Shown: positions 29,079-38,613, counted from the stretch's first letter. The stretch is 64,000 nt of DNA from Candidatus Bathyarchaeota archaeon (GCA_963832745.1 CAWHVC010000001.1:256001-320000), one strand, 5' to 3'. Made by a program: numbers and translations. Notes: generated by a model not told the origin, from the letters alone.

Positions 29079-29405
29079 CTATTTTTCTTTAAGTTTTGTT
29101 TGGTACCTTGGAAGTTTTGACTCTTTAATCCAGAATTCTGGGTCGTCAGCATCAATTATTTGAATTTGAACCACGTTTGCAGGGTTGGTTATGGCTTCAC
29201 GGAATTTTGTTGGGGTAGCGGGATTGTTAAGGAAGGCCATGCGTGATGCTTCAAGGAGGTCTGCGATACGTTCGGCTTTTTTGTTGGCGTATGTGCGGTA
29301 TTTGACGCTTTTGCCTTCCCGTATGGCTTGATCAAATTCTTGTTTGCTGCACTGGATTAGTTTTTCTCCTTCTCGGATAAACCAGTACGGCAAGTTTTTG
29401 GACAT
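29079..29405 (-). CDS. Hypothetical protein
   Basis: 108-aa ORF with no overlap. Confidence 0.7.
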   Translation of the reverse strand: MSKNLPYWFIREGEKLIQCSKQEFDQAIREGKSVKYRTYANKKAERIADLLEASRMAFLNNPATPTKFREAITNPANVVQIQIIDADDPEFWIKESKLPRYQTKLKEK

Positions 29406-29496
29406 TACTTTTCACTTGGGCAATTATGTTTTATCATTTGTTAATTAACATTTTCGTTCCAAACCATCCTACACCATTAAAGCAGTTAAACCCAAA

Positions 29497-30606
29497 TTAG
29501 GGTTGCAGGTTGCTTGCCCCTGAAGGAATAGCGGGCTCATCAACACAGGCCTTTGTAAGGGCATGTTTTGTTTCTGTCCATTGGTAGGCTGCAAAACCGA
29601 TAATGAATCGCAGCCATAGGGTTATGAGTCTACTTAGAATGGTGGATGTTGCAGCTATTCCTGCTGGTACTCCTAAGGATACGTAAAGGGTGGTCATGGT
29701 TATTTCTGGCAATCCTACCTCGAAGGGTATTCCGACTGGTATAGATTTGATGGCTGTCACAAGAGACGTCGTGATAAGCACAACACCCCACGAAACATCA
29801 AAACCCAGCGAGATAAAAACCAAATAGCAAACCGCCATGCTGGCAGCCCAATTAAGCGCAAGATAAAACGTCGGTGCCGCCAACGAGCCCGGCTTATGAA
29901 GCAATTCCTTCATTGAATCGTGAAAGCTTTTTGTGGCGCTTAAGGCGTCTTTGCGATACTTTTCCAGATGCAATCTGCCTAAGCTTACGCGGTCACCTGT
30001 ACACACTACAAAGTTGATGATTTTCAAAGTCCAGTTTTCCTTCCAACAGATTCCTAAAAACAACGCCATTAATCCGACAGTGACACCTGTGAAAAGCTGA
30101 ATAACACTGGAAACCATTGGGTTAATTTCTATCACGCCAATAAGCAGCACCCCGCCTAGAACCAGAAAGGCTGCATTCATTACCATGCTTAGCAGGCGGT
30201 AAGTCATCAAGCTTGCAACTACTTTGCCGCTAACGCCTTTCTGTTCCCTATTTACCATGTACACTCGGCAGATTTCTCCGCTTACAGATTCCGCGGGAAT
30301 TAGAATATCCATGAATAATCCGGCGCAAACGTAAATGTATGATTTGATTTTTGAAAGGTTAACGTTTAAACTTGAAAGTATTGAACGCCATGAAAGTGAA
30401 TAGAACAGAATTTCAAGAAAGCTTACTGCAACAGCCGCAAGGTATGGTAAAGGTTGAGCCTGCTTTACCGTATCAATTATGCTTACAAGGTCCACGTTGA
30501 AAAGCCAGATGTAAAGAAAAAACGCCAGCAAACCAATTAATGGCAGAACAACGGTTTTCACCGTAAATGTTGGTTTTGGTTTAGCTTGCTGCATCAAGGC
30601 TGACAT
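29497..30606 (-). CDS. Lysylphosphatidylglycerol-synthase-TM / flippase-like membrane protein (UPF0104)
   Basis: SWRSIL, LIPAESVSGEICR, IPFEVGLPE, RLITLW; ~8 TM helices. Confidence 0.85.
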   Translation of the reverse strand: MSALMQQAKPKPTFTVKTVVLPLIGLLAFFLYIWLFNVDLVSIIDTVKQAQPLPYLAAVAVSFLEILFYSLSWRSILSSLNVNLSKIKSYIYVCAGLFMDILIPAESVSGEICRVYMVNREQKGVSGKVVASLMTYRLLSMVMNAAFLVLGGVLLIGVIEINPMVSSVIQLFTGVTVGLMALFLGICWKENWTLKIINFVVCTGDRVSLGRLHLEKYRKDALSATKSFHDSMKELLHKPGSLAAPTFYLALNWAASMAVCYLVFISLGFDVSWGVVLITTSLVTAIKSIPVGIPFEVGLPEITMTTLYVSLGVPAGIAATSTILSRLITLWLRFIIGFAAYQWTETKHALTKACVDEPAIPSGASNLQP

Positions 30607-30712
30607 CCATGAGGGCTTAACGGTTAGATGACTGCTTAGCCATTAAAGTTTTTGCAAAAAACTATCCTAAACCAAAGAAAAAAATGCCCAACATCCAACG
30701 GTTGGTTAAAAG

Positions 30713-30807
30713 ATGCGCCTCAGAACCGTAAATTAAACGTAAGCCATCATTCAACTCAGAAGCTTCTGAATTGCTTGTCCAAACGTGCAATTGTCATCAT
30801 CGGCACC
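30713..30807 (-). ncRNA. Candidate box C/D guide sRNA
   Basis: Minus strand: GTGCCG-ATGATGA (C, 30800-30794)...CTGA (D', 30759-30756)-GTTGA-ATGATGG (C', 30750-30744)...CTGA (D, 30723-30720)-GGCGC, with a terminal stem; intergenic. Confidence 0.7.
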
Positions 30808-30860
30808 GCTCTAAACATTAGCAGAAATAAATGATACTCTGATATTTCAAGAATTAGCCC

Positions 30861-31388
30861 TTAAAACATCAAGTCAGCAGATTCAACACGTTGACGCAGA
30901 ATTCGTGCTCTTGCTTCAGCAGAAACCCGCTTATTTGATTCAGGCAACTCTAAATCCCTAGCGGTTAAAGCTAAAATTTTCTTCATCATAGCCTGAGCCG
31001 CCTTGGCTACTTCCTCAAAGTCTACTTTTCCATTTTCAGAAATTCCTTCACACGAGCAGGAAAATGGGAAGTTTAAGTCAATTTCAATTCTTTTTTGAGG
31101 ATAATTGTAGTCTGTAATAGTGAATGGTTCAAGTTTGCAGATTACTGGTCGTACTTCGTAAATTTTGCATTTATTATTTTCTAGAAAGAGGCAGCGGCCG
31201 TCTTTTTTGCGCTTAATCCAGCGCAGTCCCGTCTCGTCAGGTTCGCTGAGAAAATTTTTGTACCCTTTGGCTTCAATTTCTTTTTGCTCGTTTAAATCTA
31301 CTTCTGGCGGTTGGATGTGACAGCAGGAACCGCAGTTTGTACATTTAAACCCTACAGAATCGGGAAAGAAAACGTTTTCGAAGTTCAA
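30861..31388 (-). CDS. YkgJ-family cysteine-cluster (CxxCxxCC) protein
   Basis: FKCTNCGSCC...CLFL..KCKIYEVRPVICKLEPF. Confidence 0.9.
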   Translation of the reverse strand: MNFENVFFPDSVGFKCTNCGSCCHIQPPEVDLNEQKEIEAKGYKNFLSEPDETGLRWIKRKKDGRCLFLENNKCKIYEVRPVICKLEPFTITDYNYPQKRIEIDLNFPFSCSCEGISENGKVDFEEVAKAAQAMMKKILALTARDLELPESNKRVSAEARARILRQRVESADLMF

Positions 31389-31437
31389 GGTAAAAGGAAA
31401 TGCTGGTTCTTAGCTTATTTAAGTTATGGCAAAAATT

Positions 31438-31767
31438 TCATCTTTCATTGCTGAAGCATTTTTTCAAGAAATCTTCAAGTTTCGTTATGAAACCTGCAAG
31501 CGAAATAAGTCTTTTTCTTCCATTATCTGAAAGTGAATAGCTGGCTTTTTGAGTTTTACCTATTTCTGTTACAAGCCCAGTTTTCTGCATACTCAATAAT
31601 GTAGCAAGTAACATACCCCAACTTATGTCTGAACCTTATTTTGTGTTGATTGCCAACAGCAAATCCTTTGTTGTTTGTGGAGTGTTGTTTAATTCTTGTA
31701 GTATAAGCAGGTCTAAGTATGCTAGTATGGTGCGTTGGTACAATTCATCAAATACTTCACTAACCAT
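31438..31767 (-). pseudogene. PadR-like wHTH regulator with an internal TAA
   Basis: MVSEV...YLDLLILQEL...INTK*GSDISWGMLLATLLSMQKTGLV...YSLSDNGRKRL continues in frame past the stop at 31636-31638. Confidence 0.7.
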
Positions 31768-31918
31768 CGTTAAGCCTTCCCACTTTTTAGCATTCATTTT
31801 GCCGTTCTTAAGCGCCAAATTTTTGTGCAGTTTTGCAGATATTTTTCTTTTTGTAATTATTAATTAATATAAAAAGATGTCTTTAAAATTCTGTTTTCAA
31901 AACTAAAAATCATGTTGA

Positions 31919-32656
31919 CTAAAGAATCAAGGTATACTTGCCTGTGTAATCAATCTCTATCGTGGCGTTTCGAATCACACAATCGAGCAGGTGCCCACCA
32001 GCCGAGCGGTCATCAGTTAGAAAGTGCAGGTGACAACCCGCAAAATCTACGCCACTCATGCTCTGTGGGAAATAAAAGCCAACCGCCGATCCGGCAACGC
32101 TGGTTAAGTTGAAGACTGCTTGGTGGCTTACTGCTTCAGACAGGGGCGGGAATGGTTGGGTTTGGAGAGATACGCTTCGGGTTTGGACGTATTCAAAGGT
32201 GCCGGAGACTTTTATGGCGTAAATTGCTTCATCATCTGGCATGGCTTGGCTAATGTAGCTGGTTAATTCTGAATAGTTTAAGTTGTTAACTTGGAAAATT
32301 TGGTCGGCGTCAAAAAAGGTAACAGTTGCATATGGCGTTAATGCTGAAGGGCTAATCTGAACAGGGACGCCGTCAAGTGGAACCTGATAAAAGACGCCAT
32401 CTAATGCAACCATTTCACCATCTAAACCATCTAAGGTGCCTATTCCAAAGTCGCCGTGCTTTGCCAACTCGCTAAAGCTGGTTGTGCCCTCATATTTGCC
32501 TGTTGAGAAAGTGTTGAACGCCGTTATTTGATAGAGTACATCCCTGTTTTCAGAGACAGCAGTGCTTGTTTTTGATAGAGTAACGTAGCATAAGCCTGCA
32601 AGCATTATTACCGTGATTGCTCCTAAAGCCGCTAAAGTAACAAGTCTGCCGTGCAA
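31919..32656 (-). CDS. budA: Alpha-acetolactate decarboxylase with N-terminal signal anchor
   Basis: HGDFGIGTLDGLDGEM, QTRSV, HLHFLTDDRSAGGHLLD zinc site. Confidence 0.92.
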   Translation of the reverse strand: MHGRLVTLAALGAITVIMLAGLCYVTLSKTSTAVSENRDVLYQITAFNTFSTGKYEGTTSFSELAKHGDFGIGTLDGLDGEMVALDGVFYQVPLDGVPVQISPSALTPYATVTFFDADQIFQVNNLNYSELTSYISQAMPDDEAIYAIKVSGTFEYVQTRSVSLQTQPFPPLSEAVSHQAVFNLTSVAGSAVGFYFPQSMSGVDFAGCHLHFLTDDRSAGGHLLDCVIRNATIEIDYTGKYTLIL

Positions 32657-32845
32657 CTGTTTTTCGCCAACCTTTCTGTTGAATCACCGGCTATTTTTGT
32701 TTTACTTATTAATGCTTCTTAATTAGGTTAAGTATCATAACATCATATTCTTGCTTTGATGTTGTAACGTCTGGGTAGTCACATGTTTTTAATTATCGGC
32801 ATTCGGTAGGCTACATATTCTAAAAATAAAAAGAATGGAGGTTTA

Positions 32846-33691
32846 TTGTATATGCCAATGGTTAATGTAGCAAAAGACGTCAACTTGTATGTTCAAGACT
32901 GGGGCAAAGGCAAACCGATACTTCTGGTTCATGGTTGGCCTCTTAGTCACCGAATGTGGGAATACCAAGCGGCTGGCATTGTCAATCATGGTTACAGAGT
33001 TGTAGCAGTTGACCTGCGGGGTTATGGATACTCTGACAAGCCCTGGGAAGGCAACGATTACGATACTTGGGCAAACGACATAGGTAAAGTAATCAAAGAC
33101 CGAAACTTACGCGATGTAACCCTTGCAGGTTTTTCAATGGGCGGAGCCATCGCAATGCATTATGCTGCAACAGCGAACGATTCAAGAGTTTCAAAACTTG
33201 CACTTTTATCAGCGGCTGGACCCTGCTTAATCAAAAAAGCAGACAACCCCGGAGGCGTACCAAGGCAGGCATTGGATGGATTCTTGCAAGCGGAAACTCA
33301 AGACCGCGCCAAATTTAAGCATGAATTTAACAAATCATTCTTCAACAAGCCAGTAAGCCAAGAGTTAAATCACTGGTTTGAAGCTATAGGAATGCAAGTT
33401 GATTCGCATGCGAGTCTACGAGGGCTTGAAGAACTAGGCGACAGGGACATGCGGGCTGAAATTTCTGCAATAAAGATTCCTACACGCATTTTTCATGGCT
33501 TAAAAGATAAGATTGTGCCGTTTGCTGTTGCTGAGGAACAGAAAAGGCTGATTAGAGGCTCAGAAATTGTTCGGTTTGAAAATAGTGGTCACGGTTTGTT
33601 CATTGATGAGGGCGATAAACTGTTTGAAGAACTCATACGATTCCATGAGGAAGAAGTAAGCAAAAAAGTTGCAATGCAAGTCGCAGCTTAA
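32846..33691 (+). CDS. Alpha/beta hydrolase (non-heme haloperoxidase/arylesterase-like)
   Basis: HGWPLS, DLRGYG.SDKP, GFSMGG nucleophile, D..VP, SGHG. Confidence 0.92.
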   Translation: MYMPMVNVAKDVNLYVQDWGKGKPILLVHGWPLSHRMWEYQAAGIVNHGYRVVAVDLRGYGYSDKPWEGNDYDTWANDIGKVIKDRNLRDVTLAGFSMGGAIAMHYAATANDSRVSKLALLSAAGPCLIKKADNPGGVPRQALDGFLQAETQDRAKFKHEFNKSFFNKPVSQELNHWFEAIGMQVDSHASLRGLEELGDRDMRAEISAIKIPTRIFHGLKDKIVPFAVAEEQKRLIRGSEIVRFENSGHGLFIDEGDKLFEELIRFHEEEVSKKVAMQVAA

Positions 33692-33769
33692 AATGCAAAC
33701 AGGAACTTTACCATGTAAAATAAAAAAATAATTGTGAGGTGAAGGGCAAGCAAGCGAATTTAGGCTAGT

Positions 33770-33865
33770 TTAGCTAGTCTGAGTTTTGCTTCCTTTTGCT
33801 TTCTTTGCCTTTCTTTTCTCGTCTTTTTCTTTCTTAGTTAAGGGTTTACCTTGTTTGCTCGGCAT
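33770..33865 (-). CDS. Small Lys-rich basic protein (31 aa)
   Basis: MPSKQGKPLTKKEKDEKRKAKKAKGSKTQTS; downstream of and co-directional with tfs. Confidence 0.55.
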   Translation of the reverse strand: MPSKQGKPLTKKEKDEKRKAKKAKGSKTQTS

Positions 33866-33941
33866 GGATGTTCATCTAACTTAATTTTTATGCTTGTTAG
33901 GCTTTTAATATCTTTCGAAAGATACAGGCGAACAAACGGTT

Positions 33942-34283
33942 TTAAGTATACTCTCTAAAGGTGTGACCGCATTTTGTGCAACGCATAAACTGGGTTGACG
34001 CTTCATCGCCGCCCCTTGTTTGGACCTGCCAAACGAAACATTCAGTGTTGCCACATTTATCACACTTCATTTTTATCGTTGCCATAGTGTTAATTTTTGA
34101 TTCTTCCTCAGATACAACTGTCATGAATGGTTGAGTTGTAGGTTGAATAACTTTGACTACTTTTGCTTGCGACCTGCTACCAGTTGCTTGTTTAGTATAG
34201 TCGCATTTTGTACAGGCGAGCACTATTTGCCCGTCAGCTTTTCGAGGTTCAAGACGACAACCACAATTTGGACAAAATTCCAT
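33942..34283 (-). CDS. tfs: Transcription factor S (TFS/RpoM)
   Basis: N-terminal CPNC..CTKC and C-terminal CDKC..QTRGGDE..CTKC zinc ribbons, with the catalytic DE hairpin intact. Confidence 0.95.
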   Translation of the reverse strand: MEFCPNCGCRLEPRKADGQIVLACTKCDYTKQATGSRSQAKVVKVIQPTTQPFMTVVSEEESKINTMATIKMKCDKCGNTECFVWQVQTRGGDEASTQFMRCTKCGHTFREYT

Positions 34284-34458
34284 AACTTAAAGAACCCTCT
34301 TTATACAATAGTTAATTTCAACATAAACTCAAAGATAGGATATAAGCGTTTTTTATTTTTAACCTAAAAATCTGGAGAGTAACCTTCAATTTTGTAGAAA
34401 AAGCAAATTAACAAGCACCTGATTTAACAGGTACAGATATTATTTTGGGGTTAGCGTC

Positions 34459-35112
34459 ATGGGACACGAAGCCAACACTATCACAAGCGAATGGCAAACA
34501 GTTGAGCATGCCTTAGCATACTTGGCAAGAGCAGACAAACTGCCACACCGTACTGAAGCAGAAAAGGTCTTGCTGGAACAGATGCCACCCTACGCAAAAC
34601 GTGTGCTGGATTTGGGAACTGGAAACGGAAGAATAATGTCGTTAATACGGTTAAGCAAGCCTGATGTGGAAGGAATAGCGCTTGATTTTTCTGATACAAT
34701 GCTCAAACAGGCAAAGCAAAAATTTGAGAGTGATCCAAAAGTTAAAGTTTTCAAACATGATTTAAGCGTTCCATTGCCAAAAGAGCTGGGTTGTTTTGAT
34801 GCTGTTGTTTCAAGCTTGGCAATTCATCACTTGGAGCATCCGCGGAAAAAAGCGCTTTACGCAGAAATTTTTAATATGCTTAACCCCGCTGGATTCTTCT
34901 GTAATTTGGAGCATGTTGCACCTGCAACAGAAAATTTGCACTTAAAATTTCTTAAAGCGTCTGGTTTATCTTTGCAGAATGAAGATCCGTCTAACAAGTT
35001 GCTTGATGTGCGCATTCAACTTGATTGGCTGCGGGAGATAGGGTTTATCGATGTAGACTGCTACTGGAAATGGCTTGAAATTGCAGCGCTTGCAGGATTT
35101 AAGGCACAATAA
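34459..35112 (+). CDS. Class I SAM-dependent methyltransferase
   Basis: VLDLGTGNG, LDFS..ML, VVSSLAIHHL, DCYWK. Confidence 0.9.
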   Translation: MGHEANTITSEWQTVEHALAYLARADKLPHRTEAEKVLLEQMPPYAKRVLDLGTGNGRIMSLIRLSKPDVEGIALDFSDTMLKQAKQKFESDPKVKVFKHDLSVPLPKELGCFDAVVSSLAIHHLEHPRKKALYAEIFNMLNPAGFFCNLEHVAPATENLHLKFLKASGLSLQNEDPSNKLLDVRIQLDWLREIGFIDVDCYWKWLEIAALAGFKAQ

Positions 35113-35207
35113 TTAGCCCTTACACGTTTTCAAGCCTGAATCTCATCAGAAAACGATAAATTCTTCAAAAACAAATCTAGTTTTGTATATTTTGGAGGCT
35201 TTTTGAA

Positions 35208-35696
35208 ATGTCATCAAGTAACGGGCAGTATGACATGAATCATTGGCTTTCACGGCTAACAGCTTACATAATTGACGGCATTATAACAGGCATCATCGCG
35301 GCAGCAATTTGGTTTCCATTAACCTTCATAGACGGCTTTGCAGGGTCTTACTTCGTCGAAAACTGGGCTTGGCTTGGCTACTCCCTCATCTGGGGCGCAA
35401 TTCAAGTCGTTTATTTTACCATCCTTGAAACTCAATGGGGAACATCAATAGGCAAACGGTTTCTAGGCTTCCAAGTTCAACAAACAAACGGCGCCAAACT
35501 AACCACCGGAAAAGCGTTAATCCGCAACCTAAGCAAAATCCTCTGGCCTTTACTGATACTTGACTGCATCATAAGCGCTTTTAGTACAGGGGCAGACAAA
35601 CGTCAAAAATTCAGTGACCGCATAGCCCAAACGACAGTCATCTTAATAACCCACGCGTTCGTAACCCCGCCGCCACTTAAAACATTACCAACATAG
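35208..35696 (+). CDS. RDD-family membrane protein
   Basis: RLTAYIID, GTSIGKRFLG, ALIRN, QKFSDRIAQT. Confidence 0.88.
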   Translation: MSSSNGQYDMNHWLSRLTAYIIDGIITGIIAAAIWFPLTFIDGFAGSYFVENWAWLGYSLIWGAIQVVYFTILETQWGTSIGKRFLGFQVQQTNGAKLTTGKALIRNLSKILWPLLILDCIISAFSTGADKRQKFSDRIAQTTVILITHAFVTPPPLKTLPT

Positions 35697-35863
35697 AATC
35701 AACCTGCATTTCTTTCCTTATTTTTTAAAAAAAGAAGTCTGCACTTTTTTCTATTTCGGAGAATGTGATTCAGGAATCGAGAGTTATAAAAATTCTAAGA
35801 GGACGGTCCTAATAATAAAAAAACAAGCCAAAGCTTGTTAAAAATTATTATCTGGATCTTTCA

Positions 35864-37276
35864 TTAGTTTCGATTATGTTGTCTTCTTTTTAGCAAAATC
35901 GTTGTAACAACCACACTACCCATTACAGCTAAGGCGGAGACTGTGACTATAATTGTCAAGTATTGGTCAATTCTAAAGGTGCTGCTTGTTGTCAGGGTTG
36001 AGGCGGGTGTTGGCGAGGTTATGTTGGCTACTTGCGGCATCTGCGTAGGAGATGGAGTTTGAGACTGATTTGGGCGAGGCGTGGGTGTTGTAGCGACTAC
36101 TGACGGTTTAGGGGTAGTTCGGATTATCGGTTGCTCAATTGACGAGGAAGGAGTTGGCGCTGGCGCTAAATAATTGATTCTGTAAGCATCACCTGGCTTA
36201 ATTGTTCCGAACACGAAATCGCTTCTAGGATGGACCGTTAAAAAGTTCCAGCGGTTATCGACACTTGTCACTGTTTGATTTTTTATAACATTCCAGTTTA
36301 CGCCATCAATACTCGACACAACACGTGAAATGCCGTTTAGATTCTCTGCACAGTTAGCAAAAACCAGTGAATCACCAATATTGGTGGCTGAAATAAATGG
36401 CATATAACCGTCACTGGGAGGAGAATACACGGTTTGCGTGTCGAACTGGTTGTTTGAGCCGTCATCATAAAACCTTTGAATCGTACACAACCTATTGGGA
36501 AAATCTTGACCAATGTATACATAGTTACCGTTAAAAGCCAATGCCAAATAGACTGTTCCCACGTTATCGTTTCTTTTGACCACAAGGCTCCAGCTGGCGC
36601 CGCCGTCTTTGCTACGCAAGATTCTTGCCGCGTCCGGTGTACTGCCTTCACCGATGATAACGTACAAGTAATGATTGGCAGGGTTAAATTTGATTGCGTG
36701 AAAATGAAAAACGCCAAAGTTGCCGACGCGTACCCAGTTAGCGCCTCCATCCACGCTTTTTAGCAGGTAGGGTACGGCTTTACCACTTGTATAAGTTACA
36801 GCGTACAAGCTGCCAACGTCATCTTCAGTCATTGAAATATAGAATGACTCATTAGTTGTTCCATTAGTTTTAAGAACCTGTGCAAAAGAAGCGCCTCCAT
36901 CAGTGGAACGAAAAAGGCCGCCTGTACCGCCTGCGCTGACAAAAATGTTGTCTCTTGAATCAACAAAAACGGTCCAGACAAGTCCGCCATAAATGTTGCC
37001 TGCCTCAAGAGTTCCAGGCATCTTATAGACCAGTTGGAAGCTGCCGCCATTATCGGTGCTTTTCCATACACCAAAGTTTTTGTCTCCCGCCCAAAGCACC
37101 CCTTTGGAATCCACATCGTTGGCTGTAAAGCTGCAGTTGGTTAAGGGAGTTACTTGAAGTTCTGCTGAAGCCAAAGGCATATGGTAAAAAATCAGGCTTG
37201 AGGTTAAAATCATGCTGATAAGGAGGCACCAGAAAAACGGTTTAACAGGCAATGTCTTGAAAAATTTTTTGTTCAT
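35864..37276 (-). CDS. Secreted BNR/Asp-box beta-propeller protein, membrane-anchored
   Basis: Repeated S.DGG.(S/N)(F/W) Asp-boxes; PT/S linker; C-terminal TM plus KRR. Confidence 0.85.
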   Translation of the reverse strand: MNKKFFKTLPVKPFFWCLLISMILTSSLIFYHMPLASAELQVTPLTNCSFTANDVDSKGVLWAGDKNFGVWKSTDNGGSFQLVYKMPGTLEAGNIYGGLVWTVFVDSRDNIFVSAGGTGGLFRSTDGGASFAQVLKTNGTTNESFYISMTEDDVGSLYAVTYTSGKAVPYLLKSVDGGANWVRVGNFGVFHFHAIKFNPANHYLYVIIGEGSTPDAARILRSKDGGASWSLVVKRNDNVGTVYLALAFNGNYVYIGQDFPNRLCTIQRFYDDGSNNQFDTQTVYSPPSDGYMPFISATNIGDSLVFANCAENLNGISRVVSSIDGVNWNVIKNQTVTSVDNRWNFLTVHPRSDFVFGTIKPGDAYRINYLAPAPTPSSSIEQPIIRTTPKPSVVATTPTPRPNQSQTPSPTQMPQVANITSPTPASTLTTSSTFRIDQYLTIIVTVSALAVMGSVVVTTILLKRRQHNRN

Positions 37277-37454
37277 AACTTTAACCCTTGGACGTTTGGT
37301 TGGTTAGTCTGCAGGTCTTGTTAATTTTAGAAGAAGAGTTTAACTGGTGAATTCGAAAGTGCGCTGTATCTAATTGGGGCAAAAGAATGTAAAAGACTAC
37401 CACTAGTATGATACAGTTTTTGTATAAAAGCGTTTTATTTTACAAAAAAGAAGA

Positions 37455-37787
37455 TTATTGGGTGTTAACTGTTTTTAGCCATTCAGAAAACTGTTTTTCG
37501 TTTAAGCCTCTGCCGGAGCCTGCGTCAAGCCTGCTTTTCATTTCGCCGTTCTCAAACAGTATCAGGGTTGGTACTGCGTCAACGTCGTACTCGTCCCAAA
37601 GGGGGCTATCATAATCATCCATGTTAACGCGGACGATAAGGTCAACTTTGCAGTTGGAAATGTTTGCGTTGAATGCTTTAGCGAACCTTTGGCAGAAGGG
37701 GCACCATGAAGAAGAAAACAGGGCTAAAACACGTTTGTTTTGGTTAAGCTGCTTAGTTAATTCAGCTTTATTGTTTACTTCTAACAT
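37455..37787 (-). CDS. Thioredoxin family protein
   Basis: WCPFC active site, cis-Pro VPT. Confidence 0.9.
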   Translation of the reverse strand: MLEVNNKAELTKQLNQNKRVLALFSSSWCPFCQRFAKAFNANISNCKVDLIVRVNMDDYDSPLWDEYDVDAVPTLILFENGEMKSRLDAGSGRGLNEKQFSEWLKTVNTQ

Positions 37788-37896
37788 AATCCGTCCAGTT
37801 TACACGGTGAAAAAGACTTTTTATAGTTGTCGCTTTTCAGCGGCTCCTACTGCAATAAGCTATAAGCAACAAAACCCTTTTAGGCAATGAAATAAA

Positions 37897-38613
37897 ATGG
37901 CGCCAAAACCCTATCGACGCGGCTACCCCGTCGCGGTCCTTGCAGGAATAGAACAAACCCAAGCGGCAATATGGAAAATCTACAGCAACGTCGCCAAACT
38001 TGATATCACCATCCGCCTTGAAGGCAACCGGTCTGACACCAAAGCACTATACAGTTTTCATGAAGCCATAGTCAACGCTCTACGGCCAACACTTAAAGAA
38101 GGCGTAAAAAGCATCATAATCGCAGCGCCACAAAAAACCAGTTACAGCCAAGAATTTCTTGGTCACGTAAAAGGGCATCACGCTTGGCTTTTCTCAGGTG
38201 CCAATAAAGCAACCTTTAAGCAAATCACAGGTTCAGCAACTACGCCTGCCCAAGTCAGCGCCTTAACCAGTTCCGCAGGGTTTAAACAGTCAATTAGTGA
38301 CTCGACACTTGAAGAAACTGAAAACATTAGGGAAGTTCTCGAAAAGCGTCTCAACACAGCGGACCAGCTTGTGCTGTTTTCTCTGGAGGAAGCCGAAGAC
38401 GCTATTTACAGCCCCGATGTGCCTGGGAAACCTAAACCTGAATATCTGCTGTTAACTGACAATTACCTTGCCAAAGACCGACGCAAAGGCAGATTAAACC
38501 GATTAATGCAGATTGCGCAGAACAAAAAAGTTAAAACTCGAATTGTGAACGGTGAATCCCCTGCGGGGGCACGATTGAACCAGCTTGGCGGATTAGTTTG
38601 CTTGTTAAAGTAG
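37897..38613 (+). CDS. Pelota/aRF1-like protein comprising only domains 2 and 3
   Basis: VKSIIIAAP (cf. IIVAGPGF), LVLFSLEEA (cf. VAYGLEEV), LLLTDNYL, ESPAGARLNQLGGLVCLL (cf. EHEAGEKLKALGGIAAIL). Confidence 0.75.
   Translation: MAPKPYRRGYPVAVLAGIEQTQAAIWKIYSNVAKLDITIRLEGNRSDTKALYSFHEAIVNALRPTLKEGVKSIIIAAPQKTSYSQEFLGHVKGHHAWLFSGANKATFKQITGSATTPAQVSALTSSAGFKQSISDSTLEETENIREVLEKRLNTADQLVLFSLEEAEDAIYSPDVPGKPKPEYLLLTDNYLAKDRRKGRLNRLMQIAQNKKVKTRIVNGESPAGARLNQLGGLVCLLK

Noticed and set aside
30652-30834. 60-aa plus-strand ORF
   Set aside because: It is antisense to the C/D box sRNA candidate and has no motif.
31636-31638. Stop-codon recoding (Sec/Pyl) in the PadR-like gene
   Set aside because: The stop is TAA at a probable Tyr position. 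Other genes end normally in TAA/TAG/TGA, so a nonsense mutation or error is more likely.
33733-33783. Second C/D box candidate (TGAGG...CTGA)
   Set aside because: Box C is poor, there is no C'/D' pair, and it overlaps the small basic ORF.
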